A stretch of DNA of 64,000 nucleotides, taken from positions 448,001 to 512,000 of the forward strand of contig CAVQUB010000005.1 of the NCBI GenBank assembly GCA_963716725.1, read 5' to 3'. Every line of letters starts with the position of its first letter. Positions within the stretch are counted from its first letter, which is position 1. Below the pieces are notes generated by a model that was not told where the DNA came from, made no database searches, and was given only the letters and a program-made list of their open reading frames with translations. Shown here in pieces: positions 1 to 9,581 of this stretch. A program made the position numbers and the translations under genes. This DNA comes from an uncultured delta proteobacterium. GTDB taxonomy: Bacteria > Myxococcota_A > Polyangia > Polyangiales > Polyangiaceae.

Positions 1-1550
1 AGCGGGAATCCGCCGGGCTACGCCAGCTACAGCCAGGGTCTCGATCCCGTGCTGGCCAACCTCGATCAAGATCCCGGCGTCGAAATTACCAACGGGCAGT
101 TCGTCTGGGAGTGGAAGGGCGGCGCGTGGGTGCAGGAGACCACCTTCCCCGGTGCGACGCCATCGGCGCCGGGCTTCGTGGCCGTGGCGGACTTCGGTGC
201 CTACGGCGCGAGCGTGCCGGCGACGAACCCCGAGATCGCGGTGGTGCGCGGCGGCTACGCGATGATCTACGCCATCGACGGCGCCCTCGCGATGCCGGCC
301 CTGAGCGTGCCCGGTGGCGGCGGCGGTCCGCCGACCGTCGCAGACTACGACGGCGACGGCCTGCCGGAGCTCGGCGTCGCGGGGCAGGCGTTCCTCACCG
401 TCTTCGACATCGACTGCACGACGACGCCGCGTCCCAGCGGCACCTGTCAGAATACGAACGGCTGCGACGACGCGACCGGAACGGCTGGGCCCTGCACGAC
501 GGGCATCCTGTGGTCCCGTCGCACTCAGGACATCTCGAGCAACATCACCGGATCGAGCGTGTTCGACTTCGAAGACGACGGCAAAGCCGAGGTCGTGTAC
601 GCCGACGAGTGCTTCGTGCGCGTCTACGACGGCACCAATGGTCGCGCTCTCTTCAGCCAGTACCGTTCGTCGTGCACCTGGTACGAGAACCCGGTCGTAG
701 CGGACACCGACGGCAACTTCCGCGCCGATCTGGTCACGCCCTCCAATCTCGCCTGCTCCGACGGCGTGAACGGAATTGCCTGCTCGATGCTGAACGCGGA
801 CGGCGTCGATCCGCAGTTTGCTGGGGCGGGCTGCTCGTCAACAAGGACTGCGTCAGCAACGTCTGCGACAACGGATACTGCCGGTGCACCTCGACGGCGC
901 AGTGCTGCGCCGCGGGCACCGACGCCGCCTGCCTCGATCAAGGCGTAAAGTGCGCGGCTCCGCCGGCGGGTCTGCCGGGCAGCGGCAATACCTGTCGCGC
1001 GAACCACCCGAAGGGTGTGTCGGGCATCCGCGTCTACCAAGACGCCACCGACCGCTGGGTGCGCTCCCGCACGATCTGGAATCAGCACGCCTACCACGTG
1101 ACGCACATCAACGAAGACGGCACCGTGCCGAAGACCAGCGCTTGGCAGAAGAACTGGACCGATCCCAAGCTGAACAACTTCCGCCAGAACGTGCCCGGTG
1201 ACGCCAGCGGCCAGGACATCCCAGACATGACGGCGGGAATTGCCGGGTTCAGCTGTGGCTCGGGCGGCGCGCTGCTCAACGCGCCCGTCTGTAACCGCGG
1301 CACCGCGCCCATCGGCTCCGGCGTCAAGGTTGGCTTCTACGACGGCACCACCAAGGTGTGCGAAACGCCCACCACCCAGGCGCTCGCTCCGGGCAAGTGC
1401 GAGACAGTGACCTGCCTCTGGGCCACGCCGCCGACCAGCACGCCGACGGACATCAAGGTCATCGCTGACGACGACGGCGCGAAGACCGAGTGCAAAGAGG
1501 GCAACAACGAGGGAACCGTGGTCGGCGTGAAGTGCAAGCCGCCGGCGTGA
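1..1550 (+). CDS. FG-GAP/VCBS-repeat secreted protein with C-terminal CARDB-like Ig domain (5' truncated; apparent frameshift near 833)
   Basis: Frame 1 is open from base 1 with DxDGDG-type repeats (ADYDGDGLPE, FDFEDDGKAEVVYADE, ADTDGNFRAD). The sense continues in frame 3 (LVNKDCVSNVC...RTIWNQHAYHVT...ECKEGNN), the typical C-terminus of this myxobacterial family. Confidence 0.8.
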   Translation, partial: RESAGLRQLQPGSRSRAGQPRSRSRRRNYQRAVRLGVEGRRVGAGDHLPRCDAIGAGLRGRGGLRCLRRERAGDEPRDRGGARRLRDDLRHRRRPRDAGPERARWRRRSADRRRLRRRRPAGARRRGAGVPHRLRHRLHDDAASQRHLSEYERLRRRDRNGWALHDGHPVVPSHSGHLEQHHRIERVRLRRRRQSRGRVRRRVLRARLRRHQWSRSLQPVPFVVHLVREPGRSGHRRQLPRRSGHALQSRLLRRRERNCLLDAERGRRRSAVCWGGLLVNKDCVSNVCDNGYCRCTSTAQCCAAGTDAACLDQGVKCAAPPAGLPGSGNTCRANHPKGVSGIRVYQDATDRWVRSRTIWNQHAYHVTHINEDGTVPKTSAWQKNWTDPKLNNFRQNVPGDASGQDIPDMTAGIAGFSCGSGGALLNAPVCNRGTAPIGSGVKVGFYDGTTKVCETPTTQALAPGKCETVTCLWATPPTSTPTDIKVIADDDGAKTECKEGNNEGTVVGVKCKPPA

Positions 1551-1563
1551 CGCGCGCGCCAAT

Positions 1564-2319
1564 TCAGCGCACGAAGATCATGCCCTGTTTCCCGTTCATG
1601 TCGGCGTTGTAGTTGCAGTCGGTGTCCTCCCCCATCTTCCAGCCGTCCGAGAGCAGGCCGAAGGCCTCGAGCTCCGTGGTGTCCCGCACGTAATAGGCAT
1701 TGTTCCGATCCGTGTAGCCGACGTGCGCCATCATGGAAACCGTGCCGGTCAGCGGGCAGTCGCCCACCACCACCTTCACCGCCGGCGTGAGCAGATACGG
1801 GAGCTGGGCATATGTCTTCAAGAACGCCAGTGGCACCTTGGCGACGAAGCCCTTGACGATCCCGTAACCGCTATCGCGCTGAGCCAACAGGATCTCGGTG
1901 AACACGAAGCCGTTGGCGCTCAGGTTGAGGGAGTAGGGCAGGCTCGGGTTGTCCGGTGCCCCGGTGCCGAAGCGCCAGCCGAAGGTGGCGTCGTCCGGAG
2001 CCGCCTCGACCGATCGCGCGACGAGCGTCCAGCCGCCGCCGGCGAGGCTCATTTCGCAATGAGCCAGGAATTGCTTGCCTCCCGCGGTCCTCAGCGTCTG
2101 CACCCCACTCTGGGTCGAGCCCGCTGCCCGGAGTGTCTCGCAAGTGACCGCGCCCAGGCCCCCGTCGGCGCCGCCCTTTCCGCCGACTCCGCCACTTCCA
2201 CCGCCACTTCCACCGCCGCTGCTGCCCGCGGCTCCGCCGGTCCCCGAGGACGAGAACTCTTCGCCGGAGCACGCGGCAAGCAGCGAGAGCAGCGTGAGCG
2301 CCAGACACGGCCGGACCAT
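1564..2319 (-). CDS. Lipoprotein with Gly-rich linker and fibrinogen-like C-terminal domain
   Basis: Lipobox LLAAC; motif CEMSLAGGGWTLVAR; ATG at 2319. Confidence 0.7.
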   Translation of the reverse strand: MVRPCLALTLLSLLAACSGEEFSSSGTGGAAGSSGGGSGGGSGGVGGKGGADGGLGAVTCETLRAAGSTQSGVQTLRTAGGKQFLAHCEMSLAGGGWTLVARSVEAAPDDATFGWRFGTGAPDNPSLPYSLNLSANGFVFTEILLAQRDSGYGIVKGFVAKVPLAFLKTYAQLPYLLTPAVKVVVGDCPLTGTVSMMAHVGYTDRNNAYYVRDTTELEAFGLLSDGWKMGEDTDCNYNADMNGKQGMIFVR

Positions 2320-2365
2320 GGATCGAAGCGAAGCAGGCGCGGGGGCGAACGTCAATTCGGATCCG

Positions 2366-2995
2366 TCAGCTGCGCTCCGCCGTGGCGACGAGCACCCAGC
2401 CGAAGGCGATGGCTTCGAGGGTCGTGCGCTCCGCACTCACCCCTTCGAATAAGCGGCGCAAGCTCGCCGAATCGAGCTTGGAGGGGTGGAGCGCCTTGCG
2501 ACTGAAGCCTTGCGCGCGGGCGATGACCTCGAGCACCGTGCGCTCGAGCAGGATCAACGAGCGCGATGCGTAGTTGGGCGTCGTGAGGAAGACGCGACCG
2601 CCGGGTCGAACCACACGGAACGCTTCCGCCAACCAAGCCGCAGGGTCGGGTACATGCTCGATCACATCCATGGAGACCAAGCCATCGAAGTGCGCGTCGG
2701 GGTAGGGCAGCGGATCGCCGGCAACGATCACCTCCGCGCGCGCGATACGCTCGCCGTGAAGCGCGTTGGCCAAGCTCATCGCCCTTGGGTCGATGTCCGC
2801 GAGCGTGAATTCCTTGCCGACAGCATCGATCGACTCGAGGTCGAAGAAGGGACCCGAGCCGAGATTGAGGATGCGCGGCCCAGGCACTCGCCGGACGAAG
2901 TGATCGAGCGCTCGGACGATGGGCCCATGGTAGAGGCGCCAAGGGAATCGCAGCTTGAGCCGGTGATTCGAGAAATAGTCGACCGCCTCCGTCAC
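2366..2995 (-). CDS. Class I SAM-dependent methyltransferase
   Basis: ILNLGSG motif I, LPYPDAHFD, DVIEHV, RVVRPGG, TTPN. Confidence 0.88.
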   Translation of the reverse strand: MTEAVDYFSNHRLKLRFPWRLYHGPIVRALDHFVRRVPGPRILNLGSGPFFDLESIDAVGKEFTLADIDPRAMSLANALHGERIARAEVIVAGDPLPYPDAHFDGLVSMDVIEHVPDPAAWLAEAFRVVRPGGRVFLTTPNYASRSLILLERTVLEVIARAQGFSRKALHPSKLDSASLRRLFEGVSAERTTLEAIAFGWVLVATAERS

Positions 2996-2999
2996 GCAG

Positions 3000-3845
3000 T
3001 CACTCCGGTCGCGAGCAGACCACCAACAACTCCGCGGTGGGTGCCGACTCCCCTTCCGCTTCCAGAGCAGCGCGCACCAACTCGTAGGCCGGCCGTGCTG
3101 CCCACCTCCGAAGCCGCGGAAAGTTCGTCCAGCGCGTGGTCATCTTCTTGTTCACCAGACCCAAGAGCGAGGGCAACAGCAAGAGCTCGAAGGTCACGGT
3201 CGTCGCAGTGCTCAGCACGGGGTCCACTCGCTCGACCACCAGGCCGGCCTTCTCGACGCGACGCCGCCACTCGGCCTCGTCGTACAAGTGGCGGTGCTTG
3301 AACACGCGGTCCACCGAGTCCTGCAGCGCCCGACCCGCTCCTTCGAGCCCCAGCGCCCGGAGCAAGCGCACGCTGGCGAACCAGCTCGCCCAGTCTCGGT
3401 TCGGCACGAACAGATACGCGCGGCCGCCCGGTTCCAGGCTTCCGCGGATGGTGGCGAGAGCTGCGTCGAGATCGGGAACGTGCTCCAAAGAACAGTTCGC
3501 GATGCAGGTCGCGAAGAACTCCTGGGGCAGCTTGGCGCGAGCGATGTCGCCCAGGATGATCTGCGTGTAGGCGCGGCTCGCGAGGGCCCATCCGCCTTCT
3601 TTTGCGTCGACGTCGATGCCCCAGATCTCTGCGTCCTTGAAGGCTATTCTGGCGAAGAGCCCGTCGCCGCAGCCGACGTCGAGGATGGGCCCGGGGCAGT
3701 CGTAGCGGCGGATCTCGGTCAGACGCGCGCACTCTTTCACGCACAGGGCGGCGGGCGCGAAGGGGAAGTACTTCGTGAAGTCGTCGAAGGATACCTCGTT
3801 CGGCGGGCGCATGGGCTGGTCGAGTCTAGCTCGAAGCGAGGGCAT
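3000..3845 (-). CDS. Class I SAM-dependent methyltransferase
   Basis: ILDVGCGDG, NCSLEHVPD, LEPGG; 4-nt gap to the downstream methyltransferase. Confidence 0.88.
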   Translation of the reverse strand: MPSLRARLDQPMRPPNEVSFDDFTKYFPFAPAALCVKECARLTEIRRYDCPGPILDVGCGDGLFARIAFKDAEIWGIDVDAKEGGWALASRAYTQIILGDIARAKLPQEFFATCIANCSLEHVPDLDAALATIRGSLEPGGRAYLFVPNRDWASWFASVRLLRALGLEGAGRALQDSVDRVFKHRHLYDEAEWRRRVEKAGLVVERVDPVLSTATTVTFELLLLPSLLGLVNKKMTTRWTNFPRLRRWAARPAYELVRAALEAEGESAPTAELLVVCSRPE

Positions 3846-3854
3846 GGCGTCGTG

Positions 3855-4391
3855 TCATCCCGCGCGCAAGAGCAAGCGGACGACCTGCGCGAGCTTGGCT
3901 TCGCCGCGCTTCTTGCTCTCCGCCGAACCACGGGCCGCAGCGCGGACGAGATCACTCAAGTGGCGCCGATCGGCGGCAGGGTGTGCAGCCAAGAGCGCGT
4001 CGAGGGCGCGAGGTCCTTCGCCGACCAGCCGCACGGCCCACTGCCGCGCCGCTCCCTCCTCGGCGCTCGGCTCCGCACCTTCGGGTGGGGCCTCTCCGCG
4101 CGCCAGCAGCGCATCGAGGCGGGTGGCAATTGCTCCCCACTCTCCGCCGCGGAGCAAGCCGCGCACGACGCGTACCTGACGGTCGTGGGCCCGCGCGCTC
4201 TTGATGGCGCGAGCAGTCTGGATCGCGTCGACGAGCCGCTCGTCGAGTCCGAGGCGCGAGAGGGTGGCGCGGCTCACTGCGACCAGCTCTTTCGCCAAGC
4301 GAGTGAGCGCGTCTTCTCGTACGACACGCGCACGCTTCTTGTCGCTGCGCGAGACCAAATCGTCCGCGTCATCCGGGGCGCCGGCGCTCAT
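3855..4391 (-). CDS. darP: DUF615 / YjgA (DarP) ribosome biogenesis factor
   Basis: SRSDKKR...LAKELV...LDERLVDAI...AHDRQVRVVRGLLR...ADRRHLSDLVRAA matches the YjgA pattern. Confidence 0.8.
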   Translation of the reverse strand: MSAGAPDDADDLVSRSDKKRARVVREDALTRLAKELVAVSRATLSRLGLDERLVDAIQTARAIKSARAHDRQVRVVRGLLRGGEWGAIATRLDALLARGEAPPEGAEPSAEEGAARQWAVRLVGEGPRALDALLAAHPAADRRHLSDLVRAAARGSAESKKRGEAKLAQVVRLLLRAG

Positions 4392-4400
4392 CGCGGGAAA

Positions 4401-5882
4401 CTAGCGAACCCGCGGGATTCGAGCAAGCAGCAGTCGGCGCAGGGCCTCGCGGAGCTCGGGCTCCGACAGGCTCGCGTACCCAAGGCGCAGAAAGGGCCGC
4501 GGCTTCCCGTCGAAGGCGAAGCGTCGCGCGCTGTGAATGGCCAGGCCGTGACTGGCCGCCCGCGCGCACCAGGCGTCCACGTTCACACCTCGAGCGCGGG
4601 TCCAGAGTGCCAGGCCCCCGGTCGGCACTCGGAACGAGAGCACCTCAGGCAGCTGGCGCGTGAGCGCCTCCACCAAGAAGTCCCGCCGTGCTTGGTAGAT
4701 GCGTCGCGCCTTCCGCGCGTGTCGCTGCAGGACGCCGTCCTCCAGCAACTCGGCCAGCGCCGCTTCGACGGGCAAGTCCCCCTGTTGGTCCACCTGCACG
4801 CGCAGACGCGCGAGCGCGTCGATCACCGGTCGCGGCGCGACCACCCAGCCTGCGCGCAAGCCGGGCGCAAAGATCTTGGAGAGCGTGCCGACGTAGATCA
4901 CGACGCCACCTGCGTCGGCGCTGGCGAGAGGCAGCACGGGTCGCCCTTCGTAGTGAAACTCATAGTCGTAGTCGTCCTCGATCAGGGCGAAACGGTGCCG
5001 ACGGGCCAGCTCGAGTAACGCGAGGCGACGAGGAGCGCTGAGCGTCGCCAGAGTTGGATACTGATGGTGAGGAGTGAGGTAGATCGCGCGCGGCGCCTTG
5101 CGCTCGCACAGGCGCGCGACCGCCTCGACGTCCAACCCCGCCGTGTCGGTAGGCAAGGCAACCAGCTCGACACCGCGCGAGGCGAACGCATCCCAAGCCG
5201 GACGGTATCCCAGCGCTTCGATCCCAACGACGTCGCCGGGTTCAAAGAGCGCGCGGGCGATCAGGTAAAGCGCCATTTGGCTGCCCCGGGTCACGAGCAC
5301 GTCGTCCGCGCCGACGGCCAACCCGCGGGTGGTCGAGAGCATTTCGGCGAGGGCGGCGCGCAGGCGTGGGTGGCCTCGCTCGTGCCCGTAGCCGAGCACG
5401 CGGGTCTTTTCTCGTCGGAGCGCGCGACGAATGGCGCGGGCGAGCTCGGTGCTCGGCGCGAGACGCACGTCTGGGATCCCCCCCGACATCGACAGTGTGC
5501 CTGGAGCGAGCACCGATGCGCCTGGCGCTGACGGCGATCGCAGCTCGAAGCCCGGGCGCAGTGCCAGCGCGGTGCGCCGCGCGAAGCGGCGTGGCGCCAC
5601 CTCGGGCAAATCCGTCGAGACGAAGGCGCCGCTGGCTGGCCGGGTCACGAGCCAGCCTTCGGCGGTCAGTTCGGCGTAGGCTGCGATCACCGTGTTGCGA
5701 TGCACGCCCAGCTGCTCGGCGAGCGTGCGCGAACCGGGCAGACGCTCGCCGCGTCGGAGGCGGCTCCGCCGGATGTCGTCGGAGACGGCCCGGGCGATTC
5801 TTGCGAACAGCGGGCTGTCGTCGCCGTCGTCGAGGGGGAGCGCGAGGCGCCACTCCCGTGCTGGTCTGTCATAAATATCCAA
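4401..5882 (-). CDS. MocR/GabR-family PLP-dependent GntR transcriptional regulator (start uncertain)
   Basis: wHTH LPGSRTLAEQLGVHRNTVIAAYAEL; aminotransferase-like TPHHQYPT, IEDDYD, GTLSKIFAPGLRAG. Nearest in-frame start is TTG 5882; an out-of-frame ATG lies at 5872. Confidence 0.9.
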   Translation of the reverse strand: MDIYDRPAREWRLALPLDDGDDSPLFARIARAVSDDIRRSRLRRGERLPGSRTLAEQLGVHRNTVIAAYAELTAEGWLVTRPASGAFVSTDLPEVAPRRFARRTALALRPGFELRSPSAPGASVLAPGTLSMSGGIPDVRLAPSTELARAIRRALRREKTRVLGYGHERGHPRLRAALAEMLSTTRGLAVGADDVLVTRGSQMALYLIARALFEPGDVVGIEALGYRPAWDAFASRGVELVALPTDTAGLDVEAVARLCERKAPRAIYLTPHHQYPTLATLSAPRRLALLELARRHRFALIEDDYDYEFHYEGRPVLPLASADAGGVVIYVGTLSKIFAPGLRAGWVVAPRPVIDALARLRVQVDQQGDLPVEAALAELLEDGVLQRHARKARRIYQARRDFLVEALTRQLPEVLSFRVPTGGLALWTRARGVNVDAWCARAASHGLAIHSARRFAFDGKPRPFLRLGYASLSEPELREALRRLLLARIPRVR

Positions 5883-5906
5883 ACTGGACCTGCCAGAGGA
5901 TCCAGT
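5861..5906. promoter_or_regulatory. Putative MocR operator (two direct repeats plus one inverted repeat)
   Basis: CTGGTC 5861-5866, CTGGAC 5884-5889 and TCCAGT 5901-5906 (inverse of ACTGGA) around an AT-rich spacer, between divergent genes. Confidence 0.6.
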
Positions 5907-5946
5907 AGGCGGGCACGGATGGCAGGTCAATTGCGAGGTCCGAACC

Positions 5947-6597
5947 ATGCGCCTGCTCGAGCCCACCTCCCGCACCACCCTCCGTCGCCGCAAGGAACGC
6001 GGCTCCTTCGACCGTGAGCTGATCGACTCGATCGTCGACGAAGCCCTGATCTGCCACGTGGCTTTTGTTCACGATGGCCACCCTTTCGTGCTCCCGACCA
6101 GCCACGTGCGCGTCGGGGACCGGCTGTACGTGCATGGCGCCCGTCGGAGCCGACTGCTCGAGGCCACCACCCAGGGCGCGCCGGCCTGCATCAGCATCAC
6201 CCTGCTCGATGGCCTGGTGCTGGGCCGATCCGCCATGCACCACTCGATGAACTACCGGTCGGTGGTGATCCTGGCGAGCGGACGCGAGGTCACGTCGCAG
6301 GAGGAGAAACTCCTTGCGCTCGAGGCCTTGGTCGATCGCGCAGTGCCCGGTCGATCGCGCGAGGTGCGACCACCGAGCGAAGCGGAACTGAAGGCCACGA
6401 GAGTGGTGGCGTTTGCCATCGAAGAGGCATCGGCCAAGGTGCGCCAGGGCCCGCCCGTGGACCTCGCCTCGGATCTGGACTCGCACTGCTTCGCGGGTGT
6501 CATTCCGCTGACGCTGGTCGCGTGCGCAGCGGTGCCTGACCCGCAGCTGGGCCCGCTGGCGGCGGCCGCGCCGGCGACGCGTGTGCCGGCTCGTTGA
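5947..6597 (+). CDS. Pyridoxamine 5'-phosphate oxidase-like FMN-binding protein (NimA-like)
   Basis: LYVHGA, LDGLVLGRSAMHHSMNYRSVV, SAKVRQGPP; common partner of MocR regulators. Confidence 0.9.
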   Translation: MRLLEPTSRTTLRRRKERGSFDRELIDSIVDEALICHVAFVHDGHPFVLPTSHVRVGDRLYVHGARRSRLLEATTQGAPACISITLLDGLVLGRSAMHHSMNYRSVVILASGREVTSQEEKLLALEALVDRAVPGRSREVRPPSEAELKATRVVAFAIEEASAKVRQGPPVDLASDLDSHCFAGVIPLTLVACAAVPDPQLGPLAAAAPATRVPAR

Positions 6598-6630
6598 GCG
6601 CTCCTGCAGGCGCGCGCCGGCGGCATCGAG

Positions 6631-7344
6631 CTAGTTCCGGCGCGCCTTCTTCGCCTCGTCGCCGACCTTCTCGAGCATGCGCGCGAGTTCCTGCATGGCC
6701 TCGGGGCTGGCTTTGTTCTTCGACGGCGTGGCGGGCCGCGCGGGCGGCGGATTCGACGGGGGCTTCTTTCCCGCGGCGCGCCAGCCGGACCAGGTGGGCG
6801 GCGGGCGCCAGGCCACCGCATCCACGCGTTCGGAGCCCGATGGACCTCGCTTTCGGCGCCCGCTGCGGGCCAGGTGGCCGATCAACTTCCACGCTTCGTG
6901 GCCGTCGAGGGGCGGAACCGGCAAGAGGTTCAACGCAATGAGCCAGAGGTTCGTGAAGGTGAACACGCTCACGAGCTCCGCAACGAAGGGTGTGCGAGGG
7001 TTTCCCAGGAGCGCGAGCCCTGCGAAGGTCCCGGCGAGCAGCAGCGCTTGAGCGACCACGCCTCCCCAGGCGATGAAGCCGCGCTCGGTGGCGGTGGCGC
7101 GCCCGGACCAGTGACACAGGCCCCCGAACCCCGTGATGTCGATGCCCTCGACGCGCAGTCGGAAGGCCCGGACCAATACCGCGTGACCCAGCTCGTGGAT
7201 CAGGACCAGCAGCAGGAATCCCGCCCAAAACCCCGGAGCGAAGCGGAAGCCGCCGAACACCAGGGCACCGATGGGCACGGTCCAGTGCAGGCGGATCGGG
7301 ATCCCTCGCAGGCGGGCGACGGTGAAAGAGCCGCGGTCGAGCAT
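6631..7344 (-). CDS. Site-2 protease (M50) family membrane metalloprotease
   Basis: HELGH and NLLPVPPLDG motifs. Confidence 0.88.
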   Translation of the reverse strand: MLDRGSFTVARLRGIPIRLHWTVPIGALVFGGFRFAPGFWAGFLLLVLIHELGHAVLVRAFRLRVEGIDITGFGGLCHWSGRATATERGFIAWGGVVAQALLLAGTFAGLALLGNPRTPFVAELVSVFTFTNLWLIALNLLPVPPLDGHEAWKLIGHLARSGRRKRGPSGSERVDAVAWRPPPTWSGWRAAGKKPPSNPPPARPATPSKNKASPEAMQELARMLEKVGDEAKKARRN

Positions 7345-7411
7345 CGTCAGAGCATCCTAATCACCGGAGGTCCACTGCCCAAGGGGTGTCCGGCCTGCTA
7401 GTGGGACCCGG

Positions 7412-7684
7412 ATGGAACCCAAGCTCTTTGCCACCGTGTTCCTCACGGTGTTTCTTGCCGAGCTCGGCGACAAGACCCAATTGGCCACCCTGCTCTATGC
7501 CTCGGACGGCAAAATCTCGAAGTGGACGGTGTTTTTCGCCGCGTCCGCGGCGCTCGTGCTCACCACCGCGCTGGGAGTCGCGGGCGGCGCGATCCTCTCG
7601 CGTTACGTGTCCGAAAAGGCGCTGCACTGGGTCGCCGGGCTGGGCTTCATCGCCGTCGGGGTCTGGACCTTGGTGAAAGCATAG
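7412..7684 (+). CDS. TMEM165/GDT1 (UPF0016) half-size Ca2+/Mn2+ transporter
   Basis: FLAELGDKTQLAT signature; three hydrophobic segments. Confidence 0.92.
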   Translation: MEPKLFATVFLTVFLAELGDKTQLATLLYASDGKISKWTVFFAASAALVLTTALGVAGGAILSRYVSEKALHWVAGLGFIAVGVWTLVKA

Positions 7685-7699
7685 GAATAGGCTCGGCAG

Positions 7700-9025
7700 G
7701 TGGCTGCACGCTCACGCATTTTGGTGGCATTGCTCAGCGTAGGCTGCGCGCAGAGCGCGCCGCGCACCGGCGAACCCCAGCCCTCGGTCCCGAGCCCGGC
7801 ATTGAGCGTGCGCCCCGCACAGCCGCCCTCCGCCCAACCCTCGGCGTCCATCCCGACGCCGACGGCGCCGATTGACCTCGAAGCCAAGTCGAAGCAGCTC
7901 GCGCGGCGCTTCATCATCCTCGACGGTCACATCGACGTGCCCTACCGGCTCTGGGGATCCCGAGACAAGGCCGGGAAGATCACCGAAGACGTCACCCAGC
8001 GGACGGCAAAGGGTGACTTCGACTTCCCCCGCGCCAAGGCCGGAGGGCTCGATGCGCCCTTCATGAGCATCTACGTGCCCGCCAAGCTCGAGCGCGGCGG
8101 AGCCAAGAAGCTCGCCGATCAGCTGATCGACCTGGTGGAAGACATCGCGAAGAAGTCTGGCGACGCCTCGCGCGTCGCGCGCTCGCCCGCGGAAGTTCGG
8201 GAGAACTTTGCTCGAGGCAAGCTCTCGCTCCTGCTCGGCATGGAGAACGGGTCGCCGATCGAGAAGAAGCTCGAAAACCTGAAGCACTTTCACGGACGCG
8301 GTGTGCGCTACATCACGCTGGCTCACTCCAAGGACAACCACATCTCCGATTCGTCCTATGACGACCGCCACACGCACAAGGGGCTCAGCCCCTTCGGTGA
8401 GAAGGTCGTGGCCGAGATGAACCGTCTTGGGATCCTGGTCGACGTTTCACACCTCTCGGATGATGCGTTCTGGGACGTGATCGGCGCCAGCAAGGTCCCC
8501 GTCATCGCTTCCCACTCGTCGTGCCGCCACTTCACGCCGGGCTGGGCGCGCAACATGAGTGACGAGATGATCCAATCGCTGGCCAAGCAGGGCGGAGTCA
8601 TCCAGATCAACTTCGGGTCGGGCTTCATCGATCCGAAGATCCAGAAGTCCGAGAGCCAGCGGTGGAGGCGGCGCGCCGCATTCTTGAAAAAGCACAAGCT
8701 CGAGTCGAGCGACCCCAGCGCCAAACCTTTGCTCGAGCAGTTCGAGAAGGACAACCCAGCCAGCTTTGCCACCGTGGAGCAGGTCGCCGATCACGTCGAT
8801 CACGTGAAGAAGCTCGCGGGGGTGGATCATGTCGGTCTGGGCAGCGACTTTGACGGTGTGGGGGACTCGCTGCCCACCGGGCTCAAGGACGCGTCGCAGT
8901 ATCCGAACCTGATCAGGGTACTGCTCGAGCGCGGCTACAGCGAGGCCGAGATCGAGAAGATCTGTTCGGGCAACGTGCTGCGCGTGTGGGAAGCAGCGGA
9001 GCGCTTCGCGGCTGGCGTGCGCTAG
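7700..9025 (+). CDS. Membrane dipeptidase (peptidase M19), lipoprotein
   Basis: LSVGC lipobox; DGHID, DVSHLSD, ASHSS, GLGSDFDG. Confidence 0.93.
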   Translation: MAARSRILVALLSVGCAQSAPRTGEPQPSVPSPALSVRPAQPPSAQPSASIPTPTAPIDLEAKSKQLARRFIILDGHIDVPYRLWGSRDKAGKITEDVTQRTAKGDFDFPRAKAGGLDAPFMSIYVPAKLERGGAKKLADQLIDLVEDIAKKSGDASRVARSPAEVRENFARGKLSLLLGMENGSPIEKKLENLKHFHGRGVRYITLAHSKDNHISDSSYDDRHTHKGLSPFGEKVVAEMNRLGILVDVSHLSDDAFWDVIGASKVPVIASHSSCRHFTPGWARNMSDEMIQSLAKQGGVIQINFGSGFIDPKIQKSESQRWRRRAAFLKKHKLESSDPSAKPLLEQFEKDNPASFATVEQVADHVDHVKKLAGVDHVGLGSDFDGVGDSLPTGLKDASQYPNLIRVLLERGYSEAEIEKICSGNVLRVWEAAERFAAGVR

Positions 9026-9026
9026 C

Positions 9027-9581
9027 CTAAGCGCCGCGTTTCACCCACGGCACGTCGGGCACACCTGCCTCGTGATTGGCCCGTCGCGCCAGGACGAAGA
9101 GCAGATCACTCAGCCGGTTGAGGTAGACGATGAGCTCGTCGCGCACCGGAGACGCGCGCCGCAGCGCGACCACCGCGCGCTCGGCGCGCCGGCAGGTGGT
9201 CCGCGCGGCGTGCAGCTGCGCGGCGCCCGTCGTGCCGCCCGGCAGCACGAAGCTCGCGAGGGGCGTCATGCCTTCTTCGGCGCTGTCGATGGCGCGTTCG
9301 AGGCGCCCGATGTCGGCGCCGTCGACCAGCGCCATCTTCAAGCGCGACTCGTGGCCTGGCACGCAGGCCAGCTCAGCGCCCAGGGTGAACAGATCGCTCT
9401 GCACTTCCCTGAGCACTTCGTCGATGGCCGGCACCAGACCGGCTGCTCGCGCCGCGCCGATGGCCGCGTTCGTCTCGTCGACGGTGCCGTAGGTATTCAC
9501 CCGGGCATCGTCTTTGTCGACGCGCGCGCCGCCGAAGAGCCCGGTCGAGCCGGAGTCGCCGGTCTTCGTGTAGATCTTCAA
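9027..9581 (-). CDS. pduO: Cob(I)alamin adenosyltransferase, PduO type
   Basis: KIYTKTGDSGST, YGTVDE, RRAER, YLNRLSDLLF; TTG start overlaps the cdnL stop. Confidence 0.95.
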   Translation of the reverse strand: MKIYTKTGDSGSTGLFGGARVDKDDARVNTYGTVDETNAAIGAARAAGLVPAIDEVLREVQSDLFTLGAELACVPGHESRLKMALVDGADIGRLERAIDSAEEGMTPLASFVLPGGTTGAAQLHAARTTCRRAERAVVALRRASPVRDELIVYLNRLSDLLFVLARRANHEAGVPDVPWVKRGA

